DNA from: Eledone cirrhosa
Taxonomy: Eukaryota
DNA length: 64,000 nucleotides
Reading direction: 5' to 3'
Assembly: GCA_964016885.1 (NCBI GenBank)
Contig: OZ024761.1
Coordinates: 17,360,001 to 17,424,000, forward strand
Made by a program: the position numbers and the translations under genes
The notes under the pieces: generated by a model
Databases searched by the model: none
What the model was told of the DNA's origin: nothing
The model's input: the letters and a program-made list of their open reading frames with translations, nothing else
Shown here: positions 14,066 through 26,627 of the stretch, piece by piece
Layout: every line of letters starts with the position of its first letter
How positions within the stretch are numbered: position 1 is the stretch's first letter

Positions 14066-14491
14066 AAGTTTTATTTAAATTGTTGGGTTACAACAAGTAA
14101 ATATTTATAACTGATATAAAAGCACTCAACAAGTATTTGGAGTATATTTACGATATTAAATAAATGGAAACTATATTTATAAAACCATATTTATTTCATT
14201 ATATATATTTCAGGGTTATCATATTAAAAATATGGTATGCCTTCATCAGACAAAATACAATATAAACAGTCTTATAAATAGATAGATTTGACATACCTTA
14301 CAACTTCAACTTCCGGCATACTACCAAATCAACTTTTTAAATGGAAGTTGAAGTTGTAAGGTATGTCAAATCTATCTATTTATAAGACTGTTTATATTGT
14401 ATTTTGTCTGATGAAGGCATACCATATTTTTAATATGATATCCCTGAAATATATATAATGAAATAAATATAGTTTCCATTTATTTAATATC

Positions 14492-14494
<3 letters not shown>
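14062..14494 (-). mobile_element. Fold-back Penelope-like pLTR remnant in (TA)n; relative at 22572-22884 (+)
   Basis: ~150-165-bp inverted arms around a ~28-nt spacer (14315-14342), hammerhead motif, extension with AGCACTCAACAAGTATTTGGAGTA. Confidence 0.65.
14401..14464 (+). ncRNA. Type I hammerhead motif (mirror copy on - strand at ~14190-14257)
   Basis: ATTTTGT-CTGATGA-AGGCATACCATAT..ATATGATATCCCT-GAAA-TATATA-TA-ATGAAAT; palindromic stem III, triplet AUA. Confidence 0.7.
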
Positions 14495-14577
<83 letters not shown>

Positions 14578-14697
14578 TTCTCTGAAGAGACTTAGCGAAC
14601 AATCACTTTGCTGCAACATCATAACTATGCTGTAAGAAAATAAAAAAATTAATATATATATATATGTCCAACCCTTGCTAGTAGGGGAAATGGATGT

Positions 14698-14754
<57 letters not shown>

Positions 14755-14812
14755 GTATATATATCATAGAGCTGCATGATTGTTATATTATATTATATAT
14801 ATCAATCTCTTT

Positions 14813-14882
<70 letters not shown>

Positions 14883-15509
14883 TACTTGAATTTGTAAGCT
14901 GATTTCGATATTCTGCTGGACTACAAATATGTATGAACATATATATTTTTATTGCTGGATTTAATTTTTTTATTTAATTTTAGCTTTGATTTAGTTTGAA
15001 AAAATTGATTACAAAGAGGTTTTTTTTTTTTATTGTATTTTAAAAATTTTATTAATTCATTCTTTATTTTGTTTAATGACGGGCATTAAATGATGATGAT
15101 GATGATGATGATGATGTATTTTGTGAAATCAGTCGAATCTAAAATCCTGTTTTTTTTTTTTTGTTTTTTTTTTTTGTTTTGTTTAATCTATCAGTCAGTC
15201 AGTCAATCAATCAATACTCGATATTGATGATCTTCTGTTAATTGTGACTACCGACATATGTTCTTGGAGGAAGGAAGACACCATTTTAGAGGTTGGAGTG
15301 CTGGGGTGGTATTTGGTTAACCCTACTGCTGTCTTTTTTTAGGGGGGGGGTTTCACCTTCAAGTCATTTTTCCGATATTTAGAGATACCATACAAACTCG
15401 TGTATAAGTCACATCATACCCCCCACCACCACATACACACAGAAAAATACATAAGTCACATCTTTTTCCCCACCTTACAAAATACATCGCATCTTCCTCG
15501 CCCCACTAA

Positions 15510-15845
15510 GAAAATACATATCACATCTCTTTCTGCCCACGAAAATACATACCATATCTCTTTCTGCCCACGAAAATACATACCACATCTCTTTCTGCCC
15601 ACGAAAATACATATCACATCTCTTTCTGCCCACGAAAATACATATCATATCTCTTTCTGCCCACGAAAATACATGTCACATCTCTTTCTGCCCACGAAAA
15701 TACATATCACATCTCTTTCTGCCCACGAAAATACATGTCATATCTCTTTCTGCCCACGAAAATACATATCACATCTCTTTCTGCCCACGAAAATACATGT
15801 CATATCTCTTTCTGCCCACGAAAATACATGTCACATCTTTTTCCT
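15510..15845. repeat. 31-bp minisatellite
   Basis: CATCTCTTTCTGCCCACGAAAATACATATCA, about 10 copies. Confidence 0.9.
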
Positions 15846-16625
15846 CCTGCAGAAATACACTTACACACTGGTATGTCGTAATCATACACTTACACACTAG
15901 TATGTCATACACTGGTGAGACATACACTTAGACACTGTTATGTCATACACTTACACTCTGCTGTGTCATATACTTACACCCTGGTTCCACATATTTTCTG
16001 ATGCAACTTATACACAACTGTATATGGTATATATTTATGACTAGAAATAAATTTGGCTTCTAAATAAAGGTCTGTTTTCCCTCCAAACTCTTCCTTGTTG
16101 GATTTCTATACTAACCCCTTATATTTTAAATCAAAAAGCTGCTATATCTTCTAGAAGTCTTTCTTTTAATCCTTGGCATTCTGGCAATATATGTTGTTGT
16201 TTTTTATGTTTGTTTGTTTTTTGTTGTTGTTTATTTTTTGTATGTTTTTTCTTTTGTTTTTTTTTTAACGAAAATTTTGATTAAAAACGTTTCCATACTA
16301 AATACTATTTCAGTGTGCATGATTTCGGTTCAATTTTCTTGAAAACTTTTCATGAAATTCCATGATTTAAAAAAAAAAAAAATAAAAAAAAAAAAAAAAA
16401 ACTATGCTGAATTCAAAAATAAAATAAAAAGGAATTATAATTTATAAGCAAAAACTTTATTGCCAAAAACTATGAATTAAAGCATTTCCAATATCTGCTT
16501 GTGTTGCTTTTACTATCTTCTCTTATTGTTTCACCGTCTTTGTTATTTTTACTTTCATTCTTACACACACTCACTCACTCTATCTACCTATCTATCTAGC
16601 TATCTATCTAACTAACTACCTATAT

Positions 16626-17238
16626 CAGTGGGTCCCAACCTTTTGTGTACCATGCCCCACCTCAACATCTAAAAAATGGTTATGCCCTTCACCCTCTTTG
16701 ATATGAAAACAGCTATGATCAACTGCAAAGTGTAAACAAATTGGTGTATAGGAGGTGCCAGATGTACAATAACTTATGGAGGAGGTGAGACAGGAGTTTC
16801 TGACAGTAATGTGTACCATATAGGTGGTGCCAGATGTACAATAACATATGGAGGAGGTGATACAGGAGGTTCTGACAGTAATGTGTACCATATAGGTGGT
16901 GCCAGATGTACAATAGCATATGGAGGAGATGAGACAGGAGTTTCTGGCAGTAATGTGTACCATATAGGTGGTGCCAGATGTACAATAACATGTGGTGGAG
17001 GAGGTGAGACAGGAGTTTCTGACAGTAATGTGTACCATATAGGTGGTGTCAGATGTACAATATGTTAACAGAAAGTGAGACAGGGGTTTCTGACAGTAAT
17101 GTGTACCAAAGTTGCCTTAGTGTAAAAGTAATAACGTAAAACCTTGAGTTTGTTCTCATTAACATCATTTTCAAATGGCCCCCTTAAATATTCAAATTGT
17201 TCCCCTGTGGGGTGTACACCCAACATTGGGAATCACTG
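16626..17238. mobile_element. hAT (Charlie-like) non-autonomous element with an internal ~72-bp tandem array
   Basis: Termini CAGTGGGTCCCAA...TTGGGAATCACTG; flanking 8-mers ACCTATAT/ATCTATAT (7 of 8 match); about 5 internal 72-75-bp repeats at 16745-17110. Confidence 0.78.
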
Positions 17239-17921
17239 ATCTATATATATCTATCTTTCATCCTCTCATTCAGCTTCTCACTCATCCTTTCTTTTTATCA
17301 CTCACTCACTACTCACTCTTTCTGCATTTTGTTAACATTTTATTCAATTTTTTGGCTTGTATTTCACTGCATCACACATTCCATGTTCCTTTTAAAAGCT
17401 ACTAATGATTTTCAGTGTTTATATATATATATATATATATTTATAGGAACAAGTATGACCCTGACAGCAGAGCTCAAGACATTTCGACGGCTATTTCTGG
17501 ACTCGGAAACTGCTTGAGCTCTGCCGTCGGGGTCATACTTGTTCCTATTACCCACTCTACTACCCTAAGTATTGAGTACTTTGGTGCGTTATGGTCCATC
17601 TGGTTCCTTATCACAATTCCTTCGGTATATATATATATATATATATATATTCATTCCATAGTTATTGTAATAATGTTTTAAAATGCATAAAAATAACTTT
17701 TGGCCAAGTCATATGTTTGTGTGTGTGTGTATAAAAAAACTAACTGATGTATAATATTATATATATATATATATATATTATATGTATTATAATGTTTTAA
17801 AATCCATAAAAATAACTTTTGGCTAAGTCATATGTGTGCAAAAAATCCTAACTTTTATATAATATATATATATGTGTGTGTGTCTTATAATGTTTTAAAA
17901 TGCTTAAAATTAACTTTTTGT

Positions 17922-17956
<35 letters not shown>

Positions 17957-18513
17957 TATAAAGTTATGTCTTTATATATATGTAATTAAAAATACATATA
18001 TACACAGACAAACATGTATACACTCACACACATACACATGTGTGATCTAGCTGCTCAGAAGCTTTGTGGTTTAACCTTGGTAGGTCATTTTCACAAAAAG
18101 GTTTTTAAAATATATTTATTTACGACATGAACTGTTTCTCTTCTGCAGTTAATTAATAAATTTGGCCAACTTTGCACCACAATGTAAATAAGGTCAAATC
18201 TAGTCAACTGATATTTTACATCCCTCATAAAATAACTGCTCACTGCAGCCAGATGAAAGTTAACCTTTAGCACGCTAGAAATTTTTATGAATCGCCTCTC
18301 TTCACACTATATTATGTATTAATTGGAGATTACTCAATTGGCACCTTATGTCGCCTAGAGCGTGTTAAAGGATCCTGACTACGGTTTTAGCAATGTAGGG
18401 GCTTCCTCACTGGTTAAATAAAAAACAACCTCAGCTGTTTTTTCAGTTCAATTATGGTTTCAGGGATATAAAAGCAAATTATACCTGCATCTACTCTAAA
18501 TTCATTTTTGTGT

Positions 18514-18742
18514 TTAACCCTTTAACATTTACATTACTCTATATATACTATTGTATTTTCACGGTAAAGAGTTTACCTCATATAATGGTCTCACATAATA
18601 TTAAATCTATGAGATTTGGATATTATTTATTTTAAGAACAATACCTTAATATCAGTATGAGTGGCCACTTATGGCTGGTTTGAACAGAAAGAGATGAGAG
18701 AATTCTGGCCAGATATGGCTGGTTTAAATGTTAAAGGGTTAA
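18514..18742. mobile_element. piggyBac-type MITE, same family
   Basis: TTAA-CCCTTTAACATTTA...TAAATGTTAAAGGG-TTAA. Confidence 0.85.
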
Positions 18743-19559
18743 AATGTGTTTTTGATTTTTTTAAGATGGGTTAAAAGTTTATTTAAGACATGCTATAATT
18801 GAATTTCCCAGGGATACCTTCTGCTTGGAGATCATATGGTTAAGTGCTGACTACTGTACTTAATGTAGTCAACCAAAGAGAATTTCTAATCGGAATTACA
18901 AATGTTATGTGAAGAAAAAAAAACTCTTGTTAAGACAGGTAAGGGAGAGAACTAAGGGAAACAAGCAGCATGGAAGGAGTTTTGTGTTTGGTAGGACTCG
19001 TTACAACTCTAGACATGTTTCCGTGTTATTGGTGAGCTGGGTGCTTTTTTGTTGTGGGACCAGTATGACCATCCAATTGTGCAGGATGGACTGGGTGCTG
19101 TTTTGTCTGTGGCATCAGCACTACCAGACCACAGACAGGGCGACATATATATTTATATATGTATGTATAATAATAATAAGTAGGGATGAGGTGTCAAAGT
19201 ATCATTAAGTTTATTCATGTGTGACGTGCATTCCACAATTGATCAGCTCAAGGTGTGATTCAAATGGATTGGAATCAATAGCTCTTCAGACACTTGGTTT
19301 GGTTTCCTTAATGACAGGAGATAAGTTAATGATGATACTCTGACTCCTTGTTCCTACTTATTATTATTATTATTTACTATTATTATTTGAACTCAGAATG
19401 GCAGTTACGGTCCTTGCCATTCTGAGTTCAAATCCCGCCGAGGTTAACTTTGCCTTTCATCCTTACGGGGTCGATAAAATAAAGTACCAGTAATGTACTG
19501 GGTAATTGCTGGCCTTGTGCCAATAGTAGAAACAATTATTATTATTATTTACACTTTGC

Positions 19560-19770
19560 AGGGCGTTGGATTGGCAGTATCGGTAGAGGGTCAGATGCCA
19601 TGCTTTGTAGCATAGAGTTACGGCCCTTTATGGTCTGAGTTCAAATCCTGCCGAGGTTAACTTTGTCTTTCATCCTTACAGGGTTGATAAAATAAAGTAC
19701 CAGTCCCGAACTATGGTCAATTTAATCGACTTCTCCCCCCCCAAAAAAAAATTGCTGGCCTTGTGCCATT
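19560..19770 (+). mobile_element. Representative of an abundant tRNA-SINE with Meta/Nin-like central domain (family S4)
   Basis: GGATTGGCAGTATCGGTAGAG...GAGTTCAAATCC...GCCTTTCATCCTTAC.GGGTCGATAAAATAAAGTACCAG...GCTGGCCTTGTGCC. Other copies near 2083, 3255-3720 (-), 6815, 8850, 11868, 12460, 19385, 23235 (-), 27110 (-), 28308, 32090, 45140, 45275, 45828, 52010 (-), 60315, 60550. Superfamily name is from recall. Confidence 0.8.
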
Positions 19771-19875
19771 ATTTACATTCAGCTTATGAAGGAAACTGAC
19801 CATAGTATAACACCAAATGTAGAACACCACCTACTATACTTAAACAGCTCCACTTATACATTGAGTGCTCAAGTA

Positions 19876-20387
19876 GAACTGGTGATTCCAGTTAGTAAAT
19901 GATGATGCAATAAATTAAAACACTTAACATGATGCAAATCATCCATCGTAGATTTGGTATCCTATGGCTGGTGCAGGAAGAGTTAAATATTAGTTAAAAG
20001 CAACAGAAAGCCGGACTGGAAAATTTTCCTTTGAATAATTATTCCACGAAAATTTCGATGGCCTGGCTTCATCATCGGATCATGATGCAAAACTTAGGTG
20101 ATTTCATCAGGTGTTAATGGAACTAATTCTGCAATAAACACCTAATAAAATCGCCTGGTTCTTGCATCATATTCTAATGATGAAGCAGAGCCATTGAAAT
20201 ATGTATAGTGTTTTCGCAGAATTAAAATGATAAAGTTTCCAGTCTGGCCTTCTGTTGTTTTTAATCAATATTTCATTCTGTTCCTGCACCAATCACTGGA
20301 GACCACATCTATGATGGATGCTCTGCATAATGTTGAGTACTTTAATTTATTGTATCATCGTTTACTAACCAGAATCACCAGTTTCAC
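19876..20387. repeat. Old, diverged long inverted repeat with ~250-bp arms (MITE or fold-back)
   Basis: GAACTGGTGATTCCAGTTAGTAAATGATGATGCAATAAATTAAA matches the reverse complement of TTTAATTTATTGTATCATCGTTTACTAACCAGAATCACCAGTTTC; pairing continues inward. Confidence 0.75.
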
Positions 20388-20782
20388 CCATTGGTAAACA
20401 GTATTGTCATCATCATTGTTATTTTAACATCCGCTTTCCCTGCTAGCAAGGGTGGGATAGGTCCATATAGACCAAGTCCATACTGAAATGGAGCCACTGA
20501 TCTGTGTCTTGCTTATGTGCGACCTCGTGTTCCGTCGAGTGCTCAGGAGGGGTTGTCATGCCTTTGACACAACTAAGAGTCTTCCCAATCCTTTTTTTTG
20601 CAAGATTTCTATGACTGGATACTCTTCCTACCACCAACCACTTTACAGTGTGTACTGGGTGCATTTATCGTGTAAATCACCAATAGTAGGGAGGTTGCCA
20701 TGCCCTTGACACGACTGGGGGGTTCTTCCCGACCCTTTGTCTGGCAACGTAACATAAATGGCATGCATAAATGTGAGTGTGT

Positions 20783-21120
20783 AAAGGCGCATGGCTTAGT
20801 GGTAAGAGTGTCGGGCTTACAACGCAAGATTGTGAGTTCGATTTTCGGACAGGGATTTGCATTATGTTCTTGAGCAAGATACTTTATTTCACGTTGCTCC
20901 AGTTCACTCAGCTGTAGAAATGAGTTGCAACATCACTAGTGCCAAGCTGTATCGGACTTTACCTTTCCCTTGGAAAACATTGGTGGCTTAGAGAGGGGAC
21001 ACAGGTATGCATGGGTGACTGCTGGTCTTCCACAAACAACCTTGCTCGGATTTATGCCTTGGAGGGGAACTTTCTAGGTGCAAATCCCATGGTCATTTGT
21101 GACCAAAGGGGGCTCTTAAC
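20783..21120 (+). mobile_element. CORE-like tRNA-SINE with a third tail type (family S3)
   Basis: GGCGCATGGCTTAGTGG...GAGTTCGATT...TTGAGCAAGATACTTTATTTCAC...CAGCTGTAGAAATGAG, then an unrelated tail. Confidence 0.75.
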
Positions 21121-21615
21121 CCTTACCCTTTTACCCATATATATATATGCAAATCCCATGGTCATTTTTAACCAAAGGGGGTCTTTATCTGTACCCTTTT
21201 AACCATATATATATATATATATATATATATAGTGTTGGAAGTTTAGTGGAGGTTGTCAACCTATTTATTGTTTTATTAGCTGTGCAGAATTATTATTTAT
21301 CACAGCATCACTCAATAAATTCTCTTGTTTACCTGTAGCAGCGAAAGTAATTTGATAGCTGCTACACACAATAAGGTGTGTTCACTGCTTTGATTCTGAT
21401 AGTTTTTAGACATAATGGTATTTTATATATATATATATTTATATATATATATATTTATATTTATATATATATATCATTTCATTTCATTTCATTTTCCCTG
21501 TCTGACTGTCTGTCTATATATATCCAAGTTTCCTCTGGCTCCCTTTCCCTCCCCCTCTCTCCTTCTCTCGATACATATATATATGTGTGTGTGTGTGAAT
21601 ATAGTGTGTATATGT

Positions 21616-21719
21616 ACAAGGTGTCCCCCCCAAAAATGTATGCACATTTTGATTACCTGTACAGGCAGAATTTATTAGAATGTTGTTGAAGTGTATACAT
21701 TTCTTGGGTATACCCTGTA
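21616..21719. mobile_element. Short Tc1-like MITE
   Basis: TACAAGGTGTCCCCCCAAAAATGTATGCAC...GTGTATACATTTCTTGGGTATACCCTGTA. Confidence 0.55.
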
Positions 21720-21767
21720 TATATGTGTGTGTACATTTATTTATATACATATATATACATTCCCAGT

Positions 21768-21985
21768 GAAGGCGTATGGCTGAGTTGGTTAGAGAATTGG
21801 GTTCACAATCGTGAGGTTATGAGTTCGATTCCCGGATCGGGTGATGCGTTATGTCCCTGAGCAAGACACTTTATTTCACATTGCTCCTTCAACCTGGAGT
21901 TGCGACCGATAGACAGTATCAGCAATCGGAAAGACCAATGGAAACATTGTTTCCTTGGTCCGATTTGACGAAAAAAAGTCGATCG
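21768..21985 (+). mobile_element. CORE-like tRNA-SINE with a different tail (family S2); other copies at 22960-23160 (-) and 28815-29010 (+)
   Basis: Related tRNA head and GAGCAAGACACTTTATTTCA core, then tail GCGACCGATAGACAGTATCAGCAATCGGAAAGACCAATGGAAAC. Confidence 0.8.
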
Positions 21986-22320
21986 AAAAAAAAAAAAAAA
22001 AAAAAAAAAATACATTCCCAGGAAAATGTGAAAACTCAGCATTAAAATATGCCCTTCAGATCTCAACCTCCTGCAGTTTCGCCGACCCTAACCCTAACTC
22101 GTCGAAACTGCAGGTGTTTGAGATCTGAAGAGCATATTTTAATGTTTGTGACTTGTTCACTTTCATCCATTCTTTTTCTTCCTTCGGGTCAACTCACATC
22201 TAGCCGCTTTGACAGTATTTTGCTGTTCCAACAGATTCATACGCCGGGTTTCCCCATTTTCCTAAGAATCCTAATACACTCACGTCTCAAGACTCTATTT
22301 TCCCTATATATATATATATA

Positions 22321-22570
22321 TGGCTTAGTGGTTAGAGCATTGGCCTTGCAATCGAAAGGTTGTGAGTTCAATTCTCAGACCGGGTGATGTGTTGTTTCCT
22401 TGAGCAAGACACTTTATTTCACATTGCTCCAGTTTACTCAGCTGTAGAAATGAGATGATGGGGACTGGGGTCCCTATCATTCCACTGCAAAGTGGTCGTG
22501 GAGGCAAAAAAGCACCCAGCACTCACTGTAAATGAGGTTGGTGGTAGGAAGGGCATCCAGCTGTAGAAAT
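22321..22570 (+). mobile_element. SINE family S1 copy, 3'-truncated
   Basis: Near-identical to 26300-26560. Confidence 0.85.
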
Positions 22571-22690
22571 CAATATACTATATATATCAGTTTTACAAAT
22601 AAGCATTGACTATCCTGGTGTCCTCCAAAAGTAATGGTCGCATTTTGAAAGGGTACGTCAATGCTTATTTGTAAAACTAATATATATTGT

Positions 22691-22753
22691 ATTTTGTCTG
22701 ATGAAGGCATACCATAATTTAACTTGGTATCCTTGAAATGTGTATAATGAAAT
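22691..22753 (+). ncRNA. Type I hammerhead motif, same family as 14401
   Basis: ATTTTGT-CTGATGA-AGGCATACCA..TGGTATCCTT-GAAA-TGTGTA-TA-ATGAAAT. Confidence 0.68.
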
Positions 22754-22881
22754 GAATATGGTTTTATAAATATAGTTTCCATTTATTAATATCGTATATC
22801 TACTCCAAATACTTGTCGAGTGCTTTATATCAGTTATAAAAATATTTACTTGTTGTATCCCAACAATTTAAATAGAACTTT

Positions 22882-22915
<34 letters not shown>

Positions 22916-24011
22916 AAAAAGTATGACCCCGACGGCAAATCGTATGACCCCAGACCTCATCTAATTGGACCAAGAAGGCAATGTTTCCATTGGTCTTTCC
23001 AGTTGTTAATACTATCTACTAGTTGCAAGTCCAGGAAGAAGGAGCAACATGAAATAAAGTGTCTTGCTCAAAGACATAACACATCACCCAGTCCAGGAAT
23101 CGAACTCACAACCTCACGATTGTAAATTCAATTCTTCAACCACTCAGCCACATGCTTTCACAATTTTGATATGACAATTAAATAACCATCTCATTACTAA
23201 AATAACCAATGAAGGGATTAGTTACTTAACTAAATAATGGTTTCTTATATAGGCACAAGGCCAGTAATTTTTTGGTGGGGAGGGGAAAGTCGATTAAATC
23301 GACCCCAGTGCGTGACTGGTACTTTATTTTATCGACCCCATAAGGATGAAAGGCAAAGTTAACCTCGGCAGGATTTGAATTCAGAATGGAAAGGGCCGTA
23401 ACTCTATGCGTCAAAGCATGGCGTCCGACCCTCTACCGGTACTGCCAATCCACCGCCCTCAACTAAATAATAAAACTAAAGTGAAAATCAACTGGTGTGT
23501 GTGTTTTACTGGCAACATGACCCTCCCAAAGTATAACAATACTTGTTTCAACACAGGATTTCACATGAAGAATCTTGCAAAACAAATAGTACTGTTTGTA
23601 TATTTGCATACATATATATGTATGTATGTATGTGTATATATATATAAGTAGTGTTGAATGATTCCATAGAACAGATAAAGGAAACAGAGTGCTCTATGCA
23701 ACACACAGAGCTGGGATATTATTTCATTGCTACCATTGGTTTCCAATCCTGCATTCGGCTTAGTTTGTGCATTTGCACTTCTGCATACAAGATCTTCATT
23801 CAGGCAACTATATATATATAAATCAGGATGAATTCAGTTTGAAACTGGTTAGACCATTACTCACCAGAGTACTCAATACTTGGGATAGTAGAGTATGGTT
23901 ATATTATAAAGAGTCGAAACCCCAAAGGCATTGGCAGTTAACTGGCTGTATCATCAGAAGAGGCTGATTATCCAAATAAGGGCATACATTGTTTATCCAA
24001 TATATTTATTA

Positions 24012-24047
<36 letters not shown>

Positions 24048-24476
24048 AACCAGTAAGACCCCGACGGCTGAGCTCAAGCCGTTTCGACGGCTAATTCTGG
24101 GCTTGAGCTCAGCCGTCGGGGTCTTACTGGTTCCTATTACCCACTCTACTACCCTAAGTATTGAGTACTTTGGTGCGTTATGGTCCACCTGGTTCCTTAC
24201 CACATTTCCTTCGTTATATATATATATATATATATTTATATATTTATTATGTACACACACACACACACACACACAGATGGTGGTGGTGTGTCACGGTGAC
24301 TTCTATACTTCTACTGTTGGGAAATAATCACTGCCGTAGCAAATTGCTGATTATGCTGGTTTAATTCACTGTGTATGTGCATCTATGTATATGTATGTGC
24401 ATGTGTATATGTGTTTATATATCCTTTTATATGTTTGTTTGTGTATCTCTCTCTCCCTCTCTCTCTATATATATAT

Positions 24477-26250
24477 ATCATCATCAGCATTTAACGTCCA
24501 TTTTCCATGTTAGCTTGGGTCTGGACGGGAATTGTTCCACTTGAGGCAAGATTGGTTGTCTTGCTCAGGACTGTCTGGCGGGTTTTCTACAGCTGGATGC
24601 CCTTCCTAACACCAACCACGTTTACAGTGTGGACTGGGAGGTTTTTACCGTGTTACCTACATGGCCACATTACAGCGTGGACTGTGTGTTTTTTTGTCGT
24701 GACACCTACACAACCTCATTTATTTCGGACTGGATGTTGTGGTACCAACATAACTTTACATCGAAAGGGGTGTGTGGATGGGGTGGGGGTAGTGGGACGG
24801 GGGTGTATTTTGGTAAGAGGTGCCTACTGACTGTAGGTTTCGCTTTGTACTTAGGCAAGGCGGGTCTTCTGTATTACTGCGTAGTGCCAAAGATCTCGGT
24901 CCAGTGACATTGTCTTGGAGAGGTGTAAGTGTATGAGGTCGGAATTTATCAAGTCATCCCAGGTTTTTCTGGGTCTGCCTACTCCGTAGCTACCGTCTAT
25001 TTTGATCTCCCTGCACTTTTTTATACAGCTGTCGTCTTTCATGCGCATCACGTGACCATACCAATGTAGTCTTCTCTCGAGTAAACAGCATCTGATCCCT
25101 CTTATTCCTAATTTCTCACTTAGTTCATTTATGCTTTGCCGTTCACGTATATTACTATTACACATCCAACGGAGCATGCAAGCTTCGTTCCTCTCCAGTC
25201 TGCATAGATCCTTGCACACAATGCCCAAGTCTCACTGCCATGTAACATTGCTGTTCGTATGCAGGCATCATACAGCCTGCCTTTCATTTTTAGAGAGAAA
25301 CCTTTAACGACCAATAGTGGTATAAGCTCTCTGAACTTTTTCCATCCCGTTCTGACTCTAGCTACTGTACTTTCAGAGCACCCTCCACCACTGCTGATTT
25401 TGTCACCCAGGTAACGGAAGGTGTCCACTATTTCTATAGAGCCATCTGTGCAATGGAATGAGCTAGTATTCTGTGGGCACTTGCTGCTACTTGTTGTACC
25501 TGAGCACCGGCCACATATAAAATCTATATTCTTAGTTAGCTTACCTGTGATCCCACTACATCTTTTATGCACCCATACTTTGCATTTGGGACATAAAATG
25601 GAGTTTCTGCCTACTCCTTTCCTACACACTGAGCATGGCCATTTCCCAGATGGGACCAGTGCCCTATTTTCCTTCCTACATACTAGAACTTTAGTCTTAG
25701 ACAGGTTAATTTTAAGGCCTTTTGATTCTAGGCCATGCTTCCATGTTTGGAATTTCTTCTCTAGTTCAACCATTGATTCAGCTATAAGCATTAGATCATC
25801 AGTGTATAGGAGTTCCCATGGGCAGCCTGTCTTGAACTCCTCTGTTATAGCCTGAAGGGTAATAATAAATAGGAGGGTGCTAAGGACGGAGCCCTGATGA
25901 ACACCAATTTTTATGCTAAACTCTTCACTATATTCGTTGTTAATTCTAACCTTGCTGATTGTTTCATTATACATAGCTTGTATAGCTCTCACAAGCCATT
26001 ATCAACACCTAGTTTTCTGAGAGCCCACCAGATAATGGGACGTGGGACTCTGTCAAAGGCTTTCTCCAAGTCAACTAAGTATAGGGGTTTACTTTTAGCT
26101 AGGTACTTCTCCTGTAGTTGTCGTACAATGAAAAGAGCGTCTGTGGTACTTTTACCTGACACAAACCCGAACTGCATTTCATCCAGATCAATTCGCTCTC
26201 TGATTAGTTGCGCTATTACTTTTTCTGTGACCTTCATGACCTGGTCAATT
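24477..26250 (-). mobile_element. 5'-truncated, frameshifted RTE-clade LINE (RT domain, Cys/His finger, C-terminus, 3' UTR, (GAT)n tail)
   Basis: ORFs 25989-26276, 25129-25992 and 24851-25228 carry RT motifs QFGF..GKSTTDA, VDLEKAFDRVPR, GVHQGSVLS, LYTDD (for YADD), FRYLG and the RTE C-terminus LHWYGHV.RM...GRPRKTW; two frameshifts. Confidence 0.93.
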
Positions 26251-26291
26251 ATATATATATATATATGGAGGCACATTTATATATATATATA

Positions 26292-26627
26292 TGGAGGCAC
26301 ATGGCTTAGTGGTTAGAGCATTGGCCTTGCAGTCGAAAGGTTGTGAGTTCAATTCTCAGACTGGGTGATGTGTTGTTTCCTTGAGCAAGACACTTTATTT
26401 CACATTGCTCCAGTTTACTCAGCTGTAGAAATGAGATGATAGGGACTGGGGTCTATATCATTCCACTGCAAAGTGGTCGTTGAGGTGCCACAGCAAAAAA
26501 GCACCCAGCACTCACTGTAAATGAGGTTGGTGGTAGGAAGGGCATCCAGCTGTAGAAATCAAGCCAGAATCAGTTCCCGTCCCACCCTTGCAAGCAGGGA
26601 AAAGCAGACGTAAAATGATGATGATGA
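26292..26627 (+). mobile_element. Full-length tRNA-derived CORE-like SINE with RTE-derived tail (family S1)
   Basis: A-box TGGCTTAGTGG, B-box GAGTTCAATTC, CORE-like CCTTGAGCAAGACACTT...CAGCTGTAGAAATG, tail GGTTGGTGGTAGGAAGGGCATCCAGCTGTAGAAA...(GAT)n. Confidence 0.85.

Noticed and set aside
16625-17068. 24-aa periodic ORFs (TSGTTYMVHITVRNSC..., YHIGGARCTI...)
   Set aside because: Product of a 72-bp tandem array inside a hAT-type element; open on both strands.
26292-26370. tRNA-like sequences with A and B boxes
   Set aside because: They are SINE heads that continue into CORE- or Meta-like bodies; no complete cloverleaf was seen.
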